DNA from: Eledone cirrhosa
Taxonomy: Eukaryota
Reading direction: 5' to 3'
Length of the DNA: 64,000 nt
Assembly: GCA_964016885.1 (NCBI GenBank)
Contig: OZ024750.1
Location: forward strand, 43,214,001 to 43,278,000
The position numbers and the translations under genes are program-made. Positions 42,001 to 55,816 of this stretch are shown piece by piece (position 1 is the stretch's first letter; each line of letters opens with the position of its first letter). Under the pieces are notes generated by a model, which saw only the letters and a program-made list of their open reading frames with translations, made no database searches and was not told the origin of the DNA.

Positions 42001-45000
42001 TCAACACACACACATACTTACACACTTTAACACACATCTACACACACACACACATACTTACACACTCTAACACACATCTACACACACACACATACTTACA
42101 CACTCTAACTCACATCTACACACACGTACTTACACACTCTAACTCACATCTACACACACACATACTTACACACTCTAACTCACATCAACACACACACATA
42201 CTTACACACTCTAACTCACATCAACACACACACGTACTTACACACTCTAACTCACATCAACACACACACATACACACTCTAACTCACATCAACACAAACA
42301 CATACTTACACACTCTAACTCACATCTACACACACACACATACTTACACACTCTAACTCACATCTACACACACACACATACTTACACACTCTAACTCACA
42401 TCTACACACACACACATACTTACACACTCTAACTCAGATCTACACACACACATACTTACACACTCTAACACACATCAACACACACACATACTTACACACT
42501 TTAACACACATCTACACACACACACATACTTACACACTCTAACTCACATCTACACACACACATACTACACACTCTAACTCACATCAACACACACACATAC
42601 TTACACACTTTAACACACATCTACACACACACACATACTTACACACTCTAACACACATCTACACACACACACACATACTTACACACTCTAACTCACATCT
42701 ACACACACACATACTTACACACTCTAACTCACATCAACACACACACATACTTACACACTTTAACACACATCTACACACACACACATACTTACACACTCTA
42801 ACACACATCTACACACACACACATACTTACACACTCTAACTCACATCTACACACACACATACTTACACACTCTAACTCACATCAACACACACACATACTT
42901 ACACACTCTAACTCACATCAACACACACACGTACTTACACACTCTAACTCACATCTACACACACACACATCCTTACACACTCTAACTCACATCTACACAC
43001 ACACACATACTTACACACTCTAACTCACATCTACATACACACACATACTTACACAGTCTAACTCACATCTACACACACACACATACTTACACACTCTAAC
43101 TCACATCTACACACACACACATACTTACACACTCTAACTCACATCTACACACACACACATACTTACACACTCTAACTCACATCTACACACACACATACTT
43201 ACACACTCTAACTCACATCAACACACACACATACTTACACACTTTAACACACATCTACACACACACACATACTTACACACTCTAACACACATCTACACAC
43301 ACACATACTTACACACTCTAACTCACATCAAAGAACACACATACTTACACACTTTAACACACATCTACACACACTCACATAATTACACACTCTAACTCAC
43401 ATCTACACACACACATACTTACACACTCTAACTCACATCAACACACACACATACTTACACACTTTAACACACATCTACACACACACACATACTTACACAC
43501 TCTAACACACATCTACACACACACACATACTTACACACTCTAACTCACATCTACACACACGCATACTTACACACTCTAACTCACATCTACACACACGCAT
43601 ACTTACACACTCTAACTCACATCTACACACACGCATACTTACACACTCTAACACACATCTACACACACACACATACTTACACACTCTAACTCACATCTAC
43701 ACACACGCATACTTACACACTCTAACTCACATCTACACACACGCATACTTACACACTCTAACTCACATCTACACACACACACATACTTACACACTCTAAC
43801 TCATATCAACACACACACATACTTACACACTCTAACTCACATCAACACACACACACATACTTACACACTCTAACTCACATCTACACACACACACACACAT
43901 ACTTACACACTCTAACTCACATCAACACACACACATACTTACACACTTTAACACACATCTACAAACACACATACTTACACACTCTAACTCACATCTACAC
44001 ACACACATACTTACACACTCTAACTCACATCAACACACACACATACTTACACACTTTAACACACATCTACACACACACACATACTTACACACTCTAACAC
44101 ACATCTACACACACACACATACTTACACACTCTAACTCACATCTACACACACACATACTTACACACTCTAACTCACATTAACACACACACATACTTACAC
44201 ACTTTAACACACATCTACACACAGACACATACTTACACACTCTAACACACATCTACACACATACTTACACACCCTAACTCACATCTACACACACACATAC
44301 TTACACACTCTAACTCACATCAACACACACACATACTTACACACTTTAACACACATCTACACACACACACATACTTACACACTCTAACTCACATCTACAC
44401 ACACACATACTTACACACTCTAACTCACATCTACACACACACATACATACACACTCTAACTCACATCAACACACACACATACTTACACATTTTAACACAC
44501 ATCTACACACACACACATACTTACACACTCTAACTCACATCTACACACACACATACTTACACACTCTAACTCACATCAACACACACACATACTTACACAC
44601 TTTAACACACATCTACACACACATACTTACACACTCTAACTCACATCTACACACACACATACTTACACATTCTAACTCACATCAACACACACACATACTT
44701 ACACACTTTAACTCACATCTACACACACACACACATACTTACACACTCTAACTCACATCTACACACACGTACTTACACACTCTAACTCACATCAACACAC
44801 ACACATACTTACACACTCTAACTCACATCAACACACACACGTACTTACACACTCTAACTCACATCAACACACACACATACACACTCTAACTCACATCAAC
44901 ACAAACACATACTTACACACTCTAACTCACATCTACACACACACACATACTTACACACTCTAACTCACATCTACACACACACACATACGTACACACTCTA

Positions 45001-48000
45001 ACTCACATCTACACACACACACATACTTACACACTCTAACTCACATCTACACACACACACATACTTACACACTCTAACACACATCAACACACACACATAC
45101 TTACACACTTTAACACACATCTACACACACACACATACTTACACACTCTAACTCACATCTACACACACGCACACTTACACACTCTAACTCACATCTACAC
45201 ACACACACATACTTACACACTCTAACTCACATCAACACACACACATACTTACACACTCTAACTCACATCAACACACACACACATACTTACACACTCTAAC
45301 TCACATCTACACACACACACACATACTTACACACTCTAACTCACATCAACACACACACATACTTACACACTTTAACACACATCTACACACACACACACAC
45401 TTACACACTCTAACTCACATCTACTCACACACATACTTACACACTCTAACTCACATCAACACACACACATACTTACACACTTTAACACACATCTACACAC
45501 ACACACATACTTACACACTCTAACACACATCTACACACACACACATACTTACACACTCTAACTCACATCTACACACACACATACTTACACACTCTAATTC
45601 ACATCAACACACACACATACATACACACTTTAACACACATCTTCACACACACACATACTTACACACTCTAACACACATCTACACACACACATACTTACAC
45701 ACCCTAACTCACATCTACACACACACATACTTACACACTCTAACTCACATCAACACACACACATACTTACACACTTTAACACACATCTACACACACACAC
45801 ATACTTACACACTCTAACTCACATCTACACACACACATACTTACACACTCTAACTCACATCTACACACACACATACATACACACTCTAACTCACATCAAC
45901 ACACACACATACTTACACATTTTAACACACATCTACACACACACACATACTTACACACTCTAACTCACATCTACACACACACATACTTACACACTCTAAC
46001 TCACATCAACACACACACATACTTACACACTTTAACACACATCTACACACACACACATACTTACACACTCTAACTCACATCTACACACACACATACTTAC
46101 ACATTCTAACTCACATCAACACACACACATACTTACACACTTTAACACACATCTACACACACACACACATACTTACACACTCTAACACACATCTACACAC
46201 ACACACATACTTACACACTCTAACTCACATCTACACACACGTACTTACACACTCTAACTCATATCTACACACACACATACTTACACACTCTAACTCACAT
46301 CAACACACACACATACTTACACACTCTAACTCACATCAACACACACACGTACTTACACACTCTAACTCACATCAACACACACACATACACACTCTAACTC
46401 ACATCAACACAAACACATACTTACACACTCTAACTCACATCTACACACACACACATACTTACACACTCTAACTCACATCTACACACACACACATACTTAC
46501 ACACTCTAACTCACATCTACACACACACACATACTTACACACTCTAACTCACATCTACACACACACACATACTTACACACTCTAACACACATCAACACAC
46601 ACACATACTTACACACTTTAACACACATCTACACACACACACATACTTACACACTCTAACTCACATCAACACACACACATACTTACACACTTTAACACAC
46701 ATCTACACACACACACATACTTACACACTCTAACACACATCTACACACACACACATACTTACACACTCTAACTCACATCTACACACACACACATACTCAC
46801 ACACTCTAACTTCCATCAACACACACACATACTTACACACGTTAACACACATCTACACACACACACATACTTACACATTCTAACTCACATCTACACACAC
46901 ACATACTTACACACTCTAACTCACATCAACACACACACATACTTACACACTTTAACACACATCTACACACACACACATACTTACACACTCTAACACACAT
47001 CTACACACACACACATACTTACACACTCTAACTCACATCTACACACACACATACTTACACACTCTAACTCACATCAAGACACACACATACTTACACACTT
47101 TAACACACATCTACACACACATACTTACACACTCTAACTCACATCTACACACACACATACTTACACACTCTAACTCACATCAACACACACACATACTTAC
47201 ACACTTTAACACACATCTACACACACACACATACTTACACACTCTAACTCACATCTACACACACACATACTTACACATTCTAACTCACATCAACACACAC
47301 ACATACTTACACACTTTAACACACATCTACACACACACACACATACTTACACACTCTAACACACATCTACACACACACACATACTTACACACTCTAACTC
47401 ACATCTACACACACGTACTTACACACTCTAACTCACATCTACACACACACATACTTACACACTCTAACTCACATCAACACACACACATACTTACACACTC
47501 TAACTCACATCAACACACACACGTACTTACACACTCTAACTCACATCAACACACACACATACACACTCTAACTCACATCAACACAAACACATACTTACAC
47601 ACTCTAACTCACATCTACACACACACACATACTTACACACTCTAACTCACATCTACACACACACACATACTTACACACTCTAACTCACATCTACACACAC
47701 ACACATACTTACACACTCTAACTCACATCTACACACACACACATACTTACACACTCTAACACACATCAACACACACACATACTTACACACTTTAACACAC
47801 AACTACACACACACACATACTTACACACTCTAACTCACATCAACACACACACATACTTACACACTTTAACACACATCTACACACACACACATACTTACAC
47901 ACTCTAACACACATCTACACACACACACATACTTACACACTCTAACTCACATCTACACACACACACATACTCACACACTCTAACTTCCATCAACACACAC

Positions 48001-48420
48001 ACATACTTACACACTTTAACACACATCTACACACACACACATACTTACACATTCTAACTCACATCTACACACACACATACTTACACACTCTAACTCACAT
48101 CAACACACACACATACTTACACACTTTAACACACATCTACACACACACACATACTTACACACTCTAACACACATCTACACACACACACATACTTACACAC
48201 TCTAACTCACATCTACACACACACATACTTACACACTCTAACTCACATCAAGACACACACATACTTACACACTTTAACACACATCTACACACACACACAT
48301 ACTTACACACTCTAACTCACATCTACACATACACACACACATACTTACACAATCTAACTCACATCTACACACACACATACTTACACACTATAACTCACAT
48401 CTACACACACACACATACTT
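1..48420. repeat. CA-rich tandem satellite, monomer mostly 36/38 bp (ACACACTCTAACTCACATC[T/A](AC)nATACTT), roughly 1300 copies; runs off the window start
   Basis: Continuous tandem units, e.g. ACTCACATC recurs at 301 and 337. Length variation comes from the number of AC dinucleotides. Main variants are TCTAACTC/TCTAACAC/TTTAACAC and ATCT/ATCA. The + strand is almost G-free. Confidence 0.98.
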
Positions 48421-49400
48421 ACACACTCTAACACACATCTACACACACATACATATACTTACACACTCTAATTCACATCTACATACACACACACACATAT
48501 ACTTACACACTCTAACACACACCTGCACACACACACATATACCTACACTAGCTTACACACATCTACATACACACATACACACTCTAACACACACCTGCAC
48601 ACACACACATAGCTACACTAGCTTACACACATCTATATACACACTTACACACTCTTACACACACACATACATACACTAGCTTACACACATCTACATACAC
48701 ACTCTTACACACATCTGCACACACACACATATAGCTACACTAACTTACACACATCTACACACATACACATAGACACTAACACACACACATATACCTACAC
48801 TAACTTACACACACCTGCACACACACATACATACGCTTACATACAAACATACATACACTAGCTTACACACATCTACACACACACATACATACGCTTACAA
48901 ACACCTGCACACGTACGCCCTATACACATACACGCATACATGCACACGTACGCGTGTTTATAAATGCATACACACATACACACACATACACACACGTACA
49001 TACACATACACACACATTTACACACATACACACGTATGATCTATAACACATACATCCATACATGCATACGAACACACTATACGCAATATACACACACACA
49101 TCTGCACACGTACACTCTATACACACATACACACACCTGCACACGTGCACACTATTCGCACTATACACACACTTACGCATGCACACGTATGCACTATACA
49201 TAGATACACCTGCACACGTACGCACTCTACACCCATACACACATACACATTTACATATGCACACGTACGCACTATACATACATACACCCACACACGTACA
49301 CACTACACACACATAGACGCACCTACACACGTACACACTACACACATACACACACCTGCACACGTACACACTATACGCACTATACACACTATACACCAAT
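48421..49400. repeat. Degenerate satellite edge grading into imperfect (CA)n / CACACGTAC-CACTATA repeats
   Basis: Units diverge progressively (CCTGCAC, CTAGCTTAC variants), then become imperfect CA/TA microsatellite. Confidence 0.85.
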
Positions 49401-49408
49401 ACAATTCC

Positions 49409-49431
49409 CTTCCCCCGAAAGAAAAACGAAG

Positions 49432-49479
<48 letters not shown>

Positions 49480-49604
49480 GCAACAGCAACAACAACAACA
49501 GCAACAACAACAACAACACTATACACCTATACACTCACGTACACCCCCCCCCTTCCCCCGAAAGAACAACGAAGAAGACAACAACAACAACAACAACTAC
49601 AACT

Positions 49605-49636
<32 letters not shown>
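49409..49636. repeat. Two (CAA)n tracts, each preceded by a duplicated CTTCCCCCGAAAGAA-AACGAAGA motif
   Basis: Motif at ~49409 and ~49552, each followed by a CAA run. Confidence 0.9.
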
Positions 49637-50178
49637 AAAAGGCAAAACAATGAACGAAAAACGTAAAAACCTGTGCAAAAAAAAAAAACCTGTGAAAGCT
49701 GCTCATCTGTTGGTAGAATATAAGGTAATAGATGTAACAATAATAACATTTGTAAAGAATCGTAAAAAGATGTGAGAAATTATTAAAAGATGTGTAATAT
49801 TGTTCTATGATAATGTAATCATTTTTTCGAAATATTGGTCCATCTGACGACTGGAATATCTGTTTATTCGTTTATTATTTCTCCGAGTTCCATCAACATT
49901 TCCCCATGCACTTGTTTTAATAGAATGACATTTCATATATAAATTCACTTAGGAGTGTGACAGGCTAGATAATTATAAAGATGACAAAATATATTCCTTG
50001 CTATTAACAGATATTTTAGATGACCGAAAAAAAAAGTAAAGAGAAAAGAGAAAAATTGAACAACAAAAAAAAAAAAGAAATAATAATAATAATAATAATT
50101 TAGAAAAGAAAAGAAAAATCGATGAAAAATAAACCTAAAACTTAAAATAAAGAAACATTGAACGGAAGCAAAATTCGA

Positions 50179-50736
<558 letters not shown>

Positions 50737-50741
<5 letters not shown>

Positions 50742-50897
50742 AACAAGTAGGACCCCGACGGCTGAGCTCAAGCCGTCGAGACGGCTTGAACTCACCCGTC
50801 GGGGTCCTACTTGTTCCTATTACCCACTCTACTACCCTAAGTATTGAGTACTTTGGTACCTTATAGTCCACCTGGTTCCTTACCACATTTCCTTCGT

Positions 50898-50898
<1 letters not shown>
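50737..50898. mobile_element. Short TA-flanked insert: 84-nt near-perfect palindrome plus ~78-nt tail
   Basis: ATAGGAACAAGTAGGACCCCGACGG...CCGTCGGGGTCCTACTTGTTCCTAT (50737-50820, 2 mismatches). The tail shares ACTCT...GTATTGAGTAC with the insert at 63181-63330. Confidence 0.65.
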
Positions 50899-50929
<31 letters not shown>

Positions 50930-51037
50930 TACATATCAGCCAGTCAGCTCATATGCAAATCAGGCCGATCAGTCACTGTATATTTTTGAAAATAGCATAT
51001 ATTTTCACTAGCTCTGACAGTTTGGCAGGTAAACAGT

Positions 51038-51087
51038 GGGCTGTACTGATGAAGGGTGATACCCAGAAACATTAGTGTCTGCAGTTC
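51038..51087 (+). ncRNA. Minimal type I hammerhead ribozyme motif
   Basis: Stem I GGGCTGTA/TGCAGTTC (with G-U pairs), CTGATGA 51046-52, stem II GGGT-gat-ACCC, GAAAC 51066-70, stem III ACA-ttag-TGT, GUC site ending at 51079. Stem I extends imperfectly over 51011-51110. Confidence 0.85.
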
Positions 51088-51204
51088 TGTTCGCATGCCA
51101 ACACAAGAGCAAGAATGAAGGGTTCATTCTACTGACATGGCTATAAAATTGAGGCTTGTTTGCATAATTGCAAACGAATCGAATGTTATTATTAATATTC
51201 GAAG

Positions 51205-51390
51205 GGCGGTGGATTGGCAGTATCGGTAGAGGGTCGGACGCCATGCTTTGACGTATAGAGTTACGGTCCTTGCCATTCTGAGTTCAAATTCCGCCGAGGT
51301 TAACTTTGCCTTTCATCCTTACGGGGTCGATAAAATAAAGTACCAGTAATGCACTGGGTAATTGCTGGCCTTGTGCCAAACGTAGAAATA
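51205..51390 (+). mobile_element. tRNA-derived SINE with Deu/Nin-like central domain and 17-bp TSD
   Basis: A-box-like TGGCAGTATCGG, B-box GAGTTCAAATTC, central GAGGTTAACTTTGCCTTTCATCCTTACGGGGTCGATAAAATAAAGTACC. Flanked by ATTATTAATATTCGAAG at 51188-51204 and 51391-51407. Confidence 0.9.
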
Positions 51391-51460
51391 ATTATTAATA
51401 TTCGAAGAACTCAGATTACATTTATTATATTCAGCCATGTAGAGCCAACATTTTCTTTTT

Positions 51461-51462
<2 letters not shown>

Positions 51463-51528
<66 letters not shown>

Positions 51529-51531
51529 TAA

Positions 51532-51620
<89 letters not shown>

Positions 51621-51786
51621 TATATATATATAAATATATATATATATAAATATATATATATATAAATATATATATATATAAATATATATATATAAATATA
51701 TATATATAAATATATATATATATAAATATATATATATATAAATATATATATATAAATATATATATATATAAATATATATATATATA
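51463..51786. repeat. (TA)n/(TAAA) microsatellite, left flank of the PLE pair
   Basis: Direct reading. Confidence 0.97.
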
Positions 51787-52071
51787 GCGGCGATGAATTA
51801 GTTTTGCGAGGTTTTTTATATGAAATCGTGTGTCGAAACAGATATTGTTATATTTGGGGAGGGTCATATTTGCGTAATATTGCCAGAATTAATAACAGAA
51901 CACACCCACTGTTTGGTTGGTTTTCGCTTCTCGCTGTCTTTTATATATATATATCTGCGATCTAACTTACTCGGTCCTCAATGTTGCCATTGACTGACCG
52001 GCGGTCAAAAATAATACAGATACAATATAGACACAAACACATATATATAGTTTACATAATTTACATAAATC

Positions 52072-52099
52072 TTTCGTTGCACATCTGCAACATCGTCAG
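52072..52099 (-). ncRNA. Hammerhead-like core in the PLE 3' region (mirror of 55563-55590)
   Basis: Reverse complement reads CTGACGA-T-GTTGCA-gatg-TGCAAC-GAAA. Confidence 0.55.
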
Positions 52100-52368
52100 T
52101 GGTGTTATATTCATTGTTCCTCCTGTTGTGTTGTATGTCTACGCCATTTTTTTTTGTTCAGTCTGTCTATATATTTATTTATTTATTTGCTTGTTTGTTT
52201 ATCTTATTTTATTTTGTCTTCTTTGCGCATGCGTTTGCGTGTGTGTATAGTGTTATGTGTGATGTGTGACTAGTGTGTATAGTGTTGTGTCTGCTGGGTG
52301 ACTAGTGTGTGTTTATGTGCTTGTGTATGTATTTGTTTATCTTATTTTATTTAATTTTATTTACTTAT

Positions 52369-53912
52369 TTATACTTCTCTTAGGTCAGTGTTGTTTGTTT
52401 GGGTGTTGTTGTTGTTCCACTCATTCTTTCTGTTTAGCTTTGGTCTTCTAATTTCTATTTCACTGGCCTCTCTGATTTGCCTATCTGCTGGGTCATTCCT
52501 ATGTTTAGATATTATTCTAATTTCTATGTTGTCTATGTTACCGTCATGTTGTTGTCTAGCATGTTCGTATAGTACAGACCCGTTTTTTCGTCCTTTTAGT
52601 TCCCCCCAGTGTTGGTCTATCCTTTCACCTATGCTACGAGCTGTCTCACCTATGTATGTTGTTGTCATGTTTCTGCAAGTACCCTCTGTACATCTTATGC
52701 TATAGACTACGTTTCTAGTTTTACAGTTTATCCGGGGGTTCACCTTACATATGATACATTTCCTATTGGTACAGTGGGTTTTCTTAAAAGGGTAGGTTTT
52801 GCTGATCAGGGATTTTATGGTGGTTCCTGGCTTTTCTACCACCTTTATTTTTAAGTGGGTCTTTCTCAGGGCCTTTCTACACTGGTTAGCTAATTTCCCT
52901 CCAGGGGTGGCGTCCACAAACATGACACTCTGATATCTCTGGTTGTCGTACCATGATGTGGCCTTCCCTATCTTATGTCTAGCCCTATCTAAGCTATTCC
53001 ATGATTTGCTCCTGTATAGTGGGCAAATTCCTTTCATGTCCAGTTCTATGAGGGTCTTATACTTTTCCATGGCTCCTTCGTATACTCTGACTCTGTCTCT
53101 TTGGTTGTAGCCAGAGAACTGCATGCGGTTGATGAAGTGTTGGATGTGTCCTTCCATTTCTGTTGGGTCGCACATGCTGGACACATTCTTCATCACTCGT
53201 ACCAAATCTGCGATCAGAATATTAAACTTAGCACTACTGGACATTGCTGAGTTTTTGAGTATCAGGTATTTGGAGGCCATGGGTTTAGCATAGTGTGAGT
53301 GGAGAATTTGGGCTCTCTCGTCTATAGTGTTAATCCAGAGTTCTGTGTCTAATACAGGTAGTCTATTGTTAGGGTGTTTGGAAGGGAAGTCTATAGTTAC
53401 AGTTATACTCTGGTGTATGGAATTGGCTATCTGCTGGATGCTTTCCATCGTGCTACGTTCCAAATCAAACTTGTTAGTGCTCTCTAGTGGGGGTGTTCTT
53501 ATAACTATATTGATATCGTCTACATAACGAGAGTACATGATGAGGTCTATGGAGCTTTCATTAAGGAGATCTTTAAGTCTCCTTTCCCACCATACCATGA
53601 AAAGGTTGGCAACATCACCAGCTATGCTGACGCCGATGGCTGCTCCCTCATTTTGGGTGTAGATTTTCTCATTGAACTTAAATATGTGGCCCTTTAGGGT
53701 AGTTTTGATACTAGCCCCTATTGCATGTGCGACCATTTTTCTTACCTGATCAGTGTTTTGGGGGGGTCCGTATAGCTTTGGTCCACCCAATCCACCTTCC
53801 TATGGGAGTCTTTTTAGCCATTGAAGTTATGGTGGGGGGTCTACCTCTTATAGGTCTACTAGGGCAGAAACATCTAAGGTCATGGTTGTCTAGGTAGTCA
53901 GTGTCGTAGGTA
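52369..53912 (-). pseudogene. Truncated PLE RT + GIY-YIG endonuclease; one-base frameshift at the G7 run 53760-53766
   Basis: Same peptide as 53925-55292 but read on the minus strand (the track label '+' is wrong). The upstream frame ...CFCPSRPIRGRPPTITS...WIGWTKAIRTP joins QNTDQVRKMVAH if one C is removed. Confidence 0.85.
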
Positions 53913-53924
53913 CAGGTAAGAAAA

Positions 53925-55292
53925 ATGGTCGCACATGCAATAGGGGCTAGTATCAAAACTACCCTAAAGGGCCACATATTTAAGTTCAATGAGAAAATCT
54001 ACACCCAAAATGAGGGAGCAGCCATCGGCGTCAGCATAGCTGGTGATGTTGCCAACCTTTTCATGGTATGGTGGGAAAGGAGACTTAAAGATCTCCTTAA
54101 TGAAAGCTCCATAGACCTCATCATGTACTCTCGTTATGTAGACGATATCAATATAGTTATAAGAACACCCCCACTAGAGAGCACTAACAAGTTTGATTTG
54201 GAACGTAGCACGATGGAAAGCATCCAGCAGATAGCCAATTCCATACACCAGAGTATAACTGTAACTATAGACTTCCCTTCCAAACACCCTAACAATAGAC
54301 TACCTGTATTAGACACAGAACTCTGGATTAACACTATAGACGAGAGAGCCCAAATTCTCCACTCACACTATGCTAAACCCATGGCCTCCAAATACCTGAT
54401 ACTCAAAAACTCAGCAATGTCCAGTAGTGCTAAGTTTAATATTCTGATCGCAGATTTGGTACGAGTGATGAAGAATGTGTCCAGCATGTGCGACCCAACA
54501 GAAATGGAAGGACACATCCAACACTTCATCAACCGCATGCAGTTCTCTGGCTACAACCAAAGAGACAGAGTCAGAGTATACGAAGGAGCCATGGAAAAGT
54601 ATAAGACCCTCATAGAACTGGACATGAAAGGAATTTGCCCACTATACAGGAGCAAATCATGGAATAGCTTAGATAGGGCTAGACATAAGATAGGGAAGGC
54701 CACATCATGGTACGACAACCAGAGATATCAGAGTGTCATGTTTGTGGACGCCACCCCTGGAGGGAAATTAGCTAACCAGTGTAGAAAGGCCCTGAGAAAG
54801 ACCCACTTAAAAATAAAGGTGGTAGAAAAGCCAGGAACCACCATAAAATCCCTGATCAGCAAAACCTACCCTTTTAAGAAAACCCACTGTACCAATAGGA
54901 AATGTATCATATGTAAGGTGAACCCCCGGATAAACTGTAAAACTAGAAACGTAGTCTATAGCATAAGATGTACAGAGGGTACTTGCAGAAACATGACAAC
55001 AACATACATAGGTGAGACAGCTCGTAGCATAGGTGAAAGGATAGACCAACACTGGGGGGAACTAAAAGGACGAAAAAACGGGTCTGTACTATACGAACAT
55101 GCTAGACAACAACATGACGGTAACATAGACAACATAGAAATTAGAATAATATCTAAACATAGGAATGACCCAGCAGATAGGCAAATCAGAGAGGCCAGTG
55201 AAATAGAAATTAGAAGACCAAAGCTAAACAGAAAGAATGAGTGGAACAACAACAACACCCAAACAAACAACACTGACCTAAGAGAAGTATAA
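53925..55292 (+). CDS. C-terminal part of a PLE protein (RT motifs 4-7, thumb, Cys linker, GIY-YIG endonuclease); N-terminus missing
   Basis: YTQNEGAAIG..ANLFM, YSRYVDDI, LPVLD, HYAKPMAS, CTNRKCIIC, NVVYSIRC...YIGETARSIGERIDQH, IREASEI, LN. Confidence 0.88.
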   Translation: MVAHAIGASIKTTLKGHIFKFNEKIYTQNEGAAIGVSIAGDVANLFMVWWERRLKDLLNESSIDLIMYSRYVDDINIVIRTPPLESTNKFDLERSTMESIQQIANSIHQSITVTIDFPSKHPNNRLPVLDTELWINTIDERAQILHSHYAKPMASKYLILKNSAMSSSAKFNILIADLVRVMKNVSSMCDPTEMEGHIQHFINRMQFSGYNQRDRVRVYEGAMEKYKTLIELDMKGICPLYRSKSWNSLDRARHKIGKATSWYDNQRYQSVMFVDATPGGKLANQCRKALRKTHLKIKVVEKPGTTIKSLISKTYPFKKTHCTNRKCIICKVNPRINCKTRNVVYSIRCTEGTCRNMTTTYIGETARSIGERIDQHWGELKGRKNGSVLYEHARQQHDGNIDNIEIRIISKHRNDPADRQIREASEIEIRRPKLNRKNEWNNNNTQTNNTDLREV

Positions 55293-55562
55293 ATAAGTAA
55301 ATAAAATAAAATAAAATAAGATAAACAAATACATACACAAGCACATAAACACACACTAGTCACCCAGCAGACACAACACTATACACACTAGTCACACATC
55401 ACACATAACACTATACACACACGCAAACGCATGCGCAAAGAAGACAAAATAAAATAAGATAAACAAACAAGCAAATAAATAAATAAATATATAGACAGAC
55501 TGAACAAAAAAAAAATGGCGTAGACATACAACACAACAGGAGGAACAATGAATATAACACCA

Positions 55563-55590
55563 CTGACGATGTTGCAGATGTGCAACGAAA
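55563..55590 (+). ncRNA. Hammerhead-like core in the PLE 3' region/pLTR, sense strand
   Basis: CTGACGA, one extra T, perfect 6-bp stem II GTTGCA/TGCAAC, GAAA. Stems I and III are only imperfectly assignable. Confidence 0.55.
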
Positions 55591-55812
55591 GATTTATGTA
55601 AATTATGTAAACTATATATATGTGTTTGTGTCTATATTGTATCTGTATTATTTTTGACCGCCGGTCAGTCAATGGCAACATTGAGGACCGAGTAAGTTAG
55701 ATCGCAGATATATATATATAAAAGACAGCGAGAAGCGAAAACCAACCAAACAGTGAGTGTGTTCTGTTATTAATTCTGGCAATATTACGCAAATATGGCC
55801 CTCCCCAAATAT

Positions 55813-55816
<4 letters not shown>

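Larger units (their letters stand above)
51787..53912 (-). mobile_element. Penelope-like retroelement, 5'-truncated, left copy
   Basis: Minus-strand RT-GIY-YIG coding region followed by a 3' non-coding/pLTR region ending at (TA)n. 51842-53748 is the reverse complement of 53913-55820. Confidence 0.93.

Noticed and set aside
2430-43684. 60-aa His/Thr- or Cys/Val-rich ORFs in the satellite
   Set aside because: These are chance stop-free frames through CA repeats; they recur only because the blocks are duplicated.
21547-45708. Scattered CCCTAA hexamers as telomeric repeats
   Set aside because: They are isolated single-base variants of CTCTAA and are never tandem.
49828-49895. GAAA...GTC and CTGACGA boxes
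   Set aside because: The order and pairing do not give a complete hammerhead.
52369-53790. ORF-track '+' strand label
   Set aside because: The + strand starts TTATACTTCTCTTAGG, the reverse complement of LREV-stop, so the ORF is on the minus strand.
53913-53920. CAGGTAAG splice-donor match at the fold-back junction
   Set aside because: It is simply coding sequence (Q-V-R); splicing would not produce an inversion.
53925-55292. Functional autonomous retroelement protein
   Set aside because: The N-terminus and RT motifs 1-3, including the first catalytic Asp, are absent from both copies.
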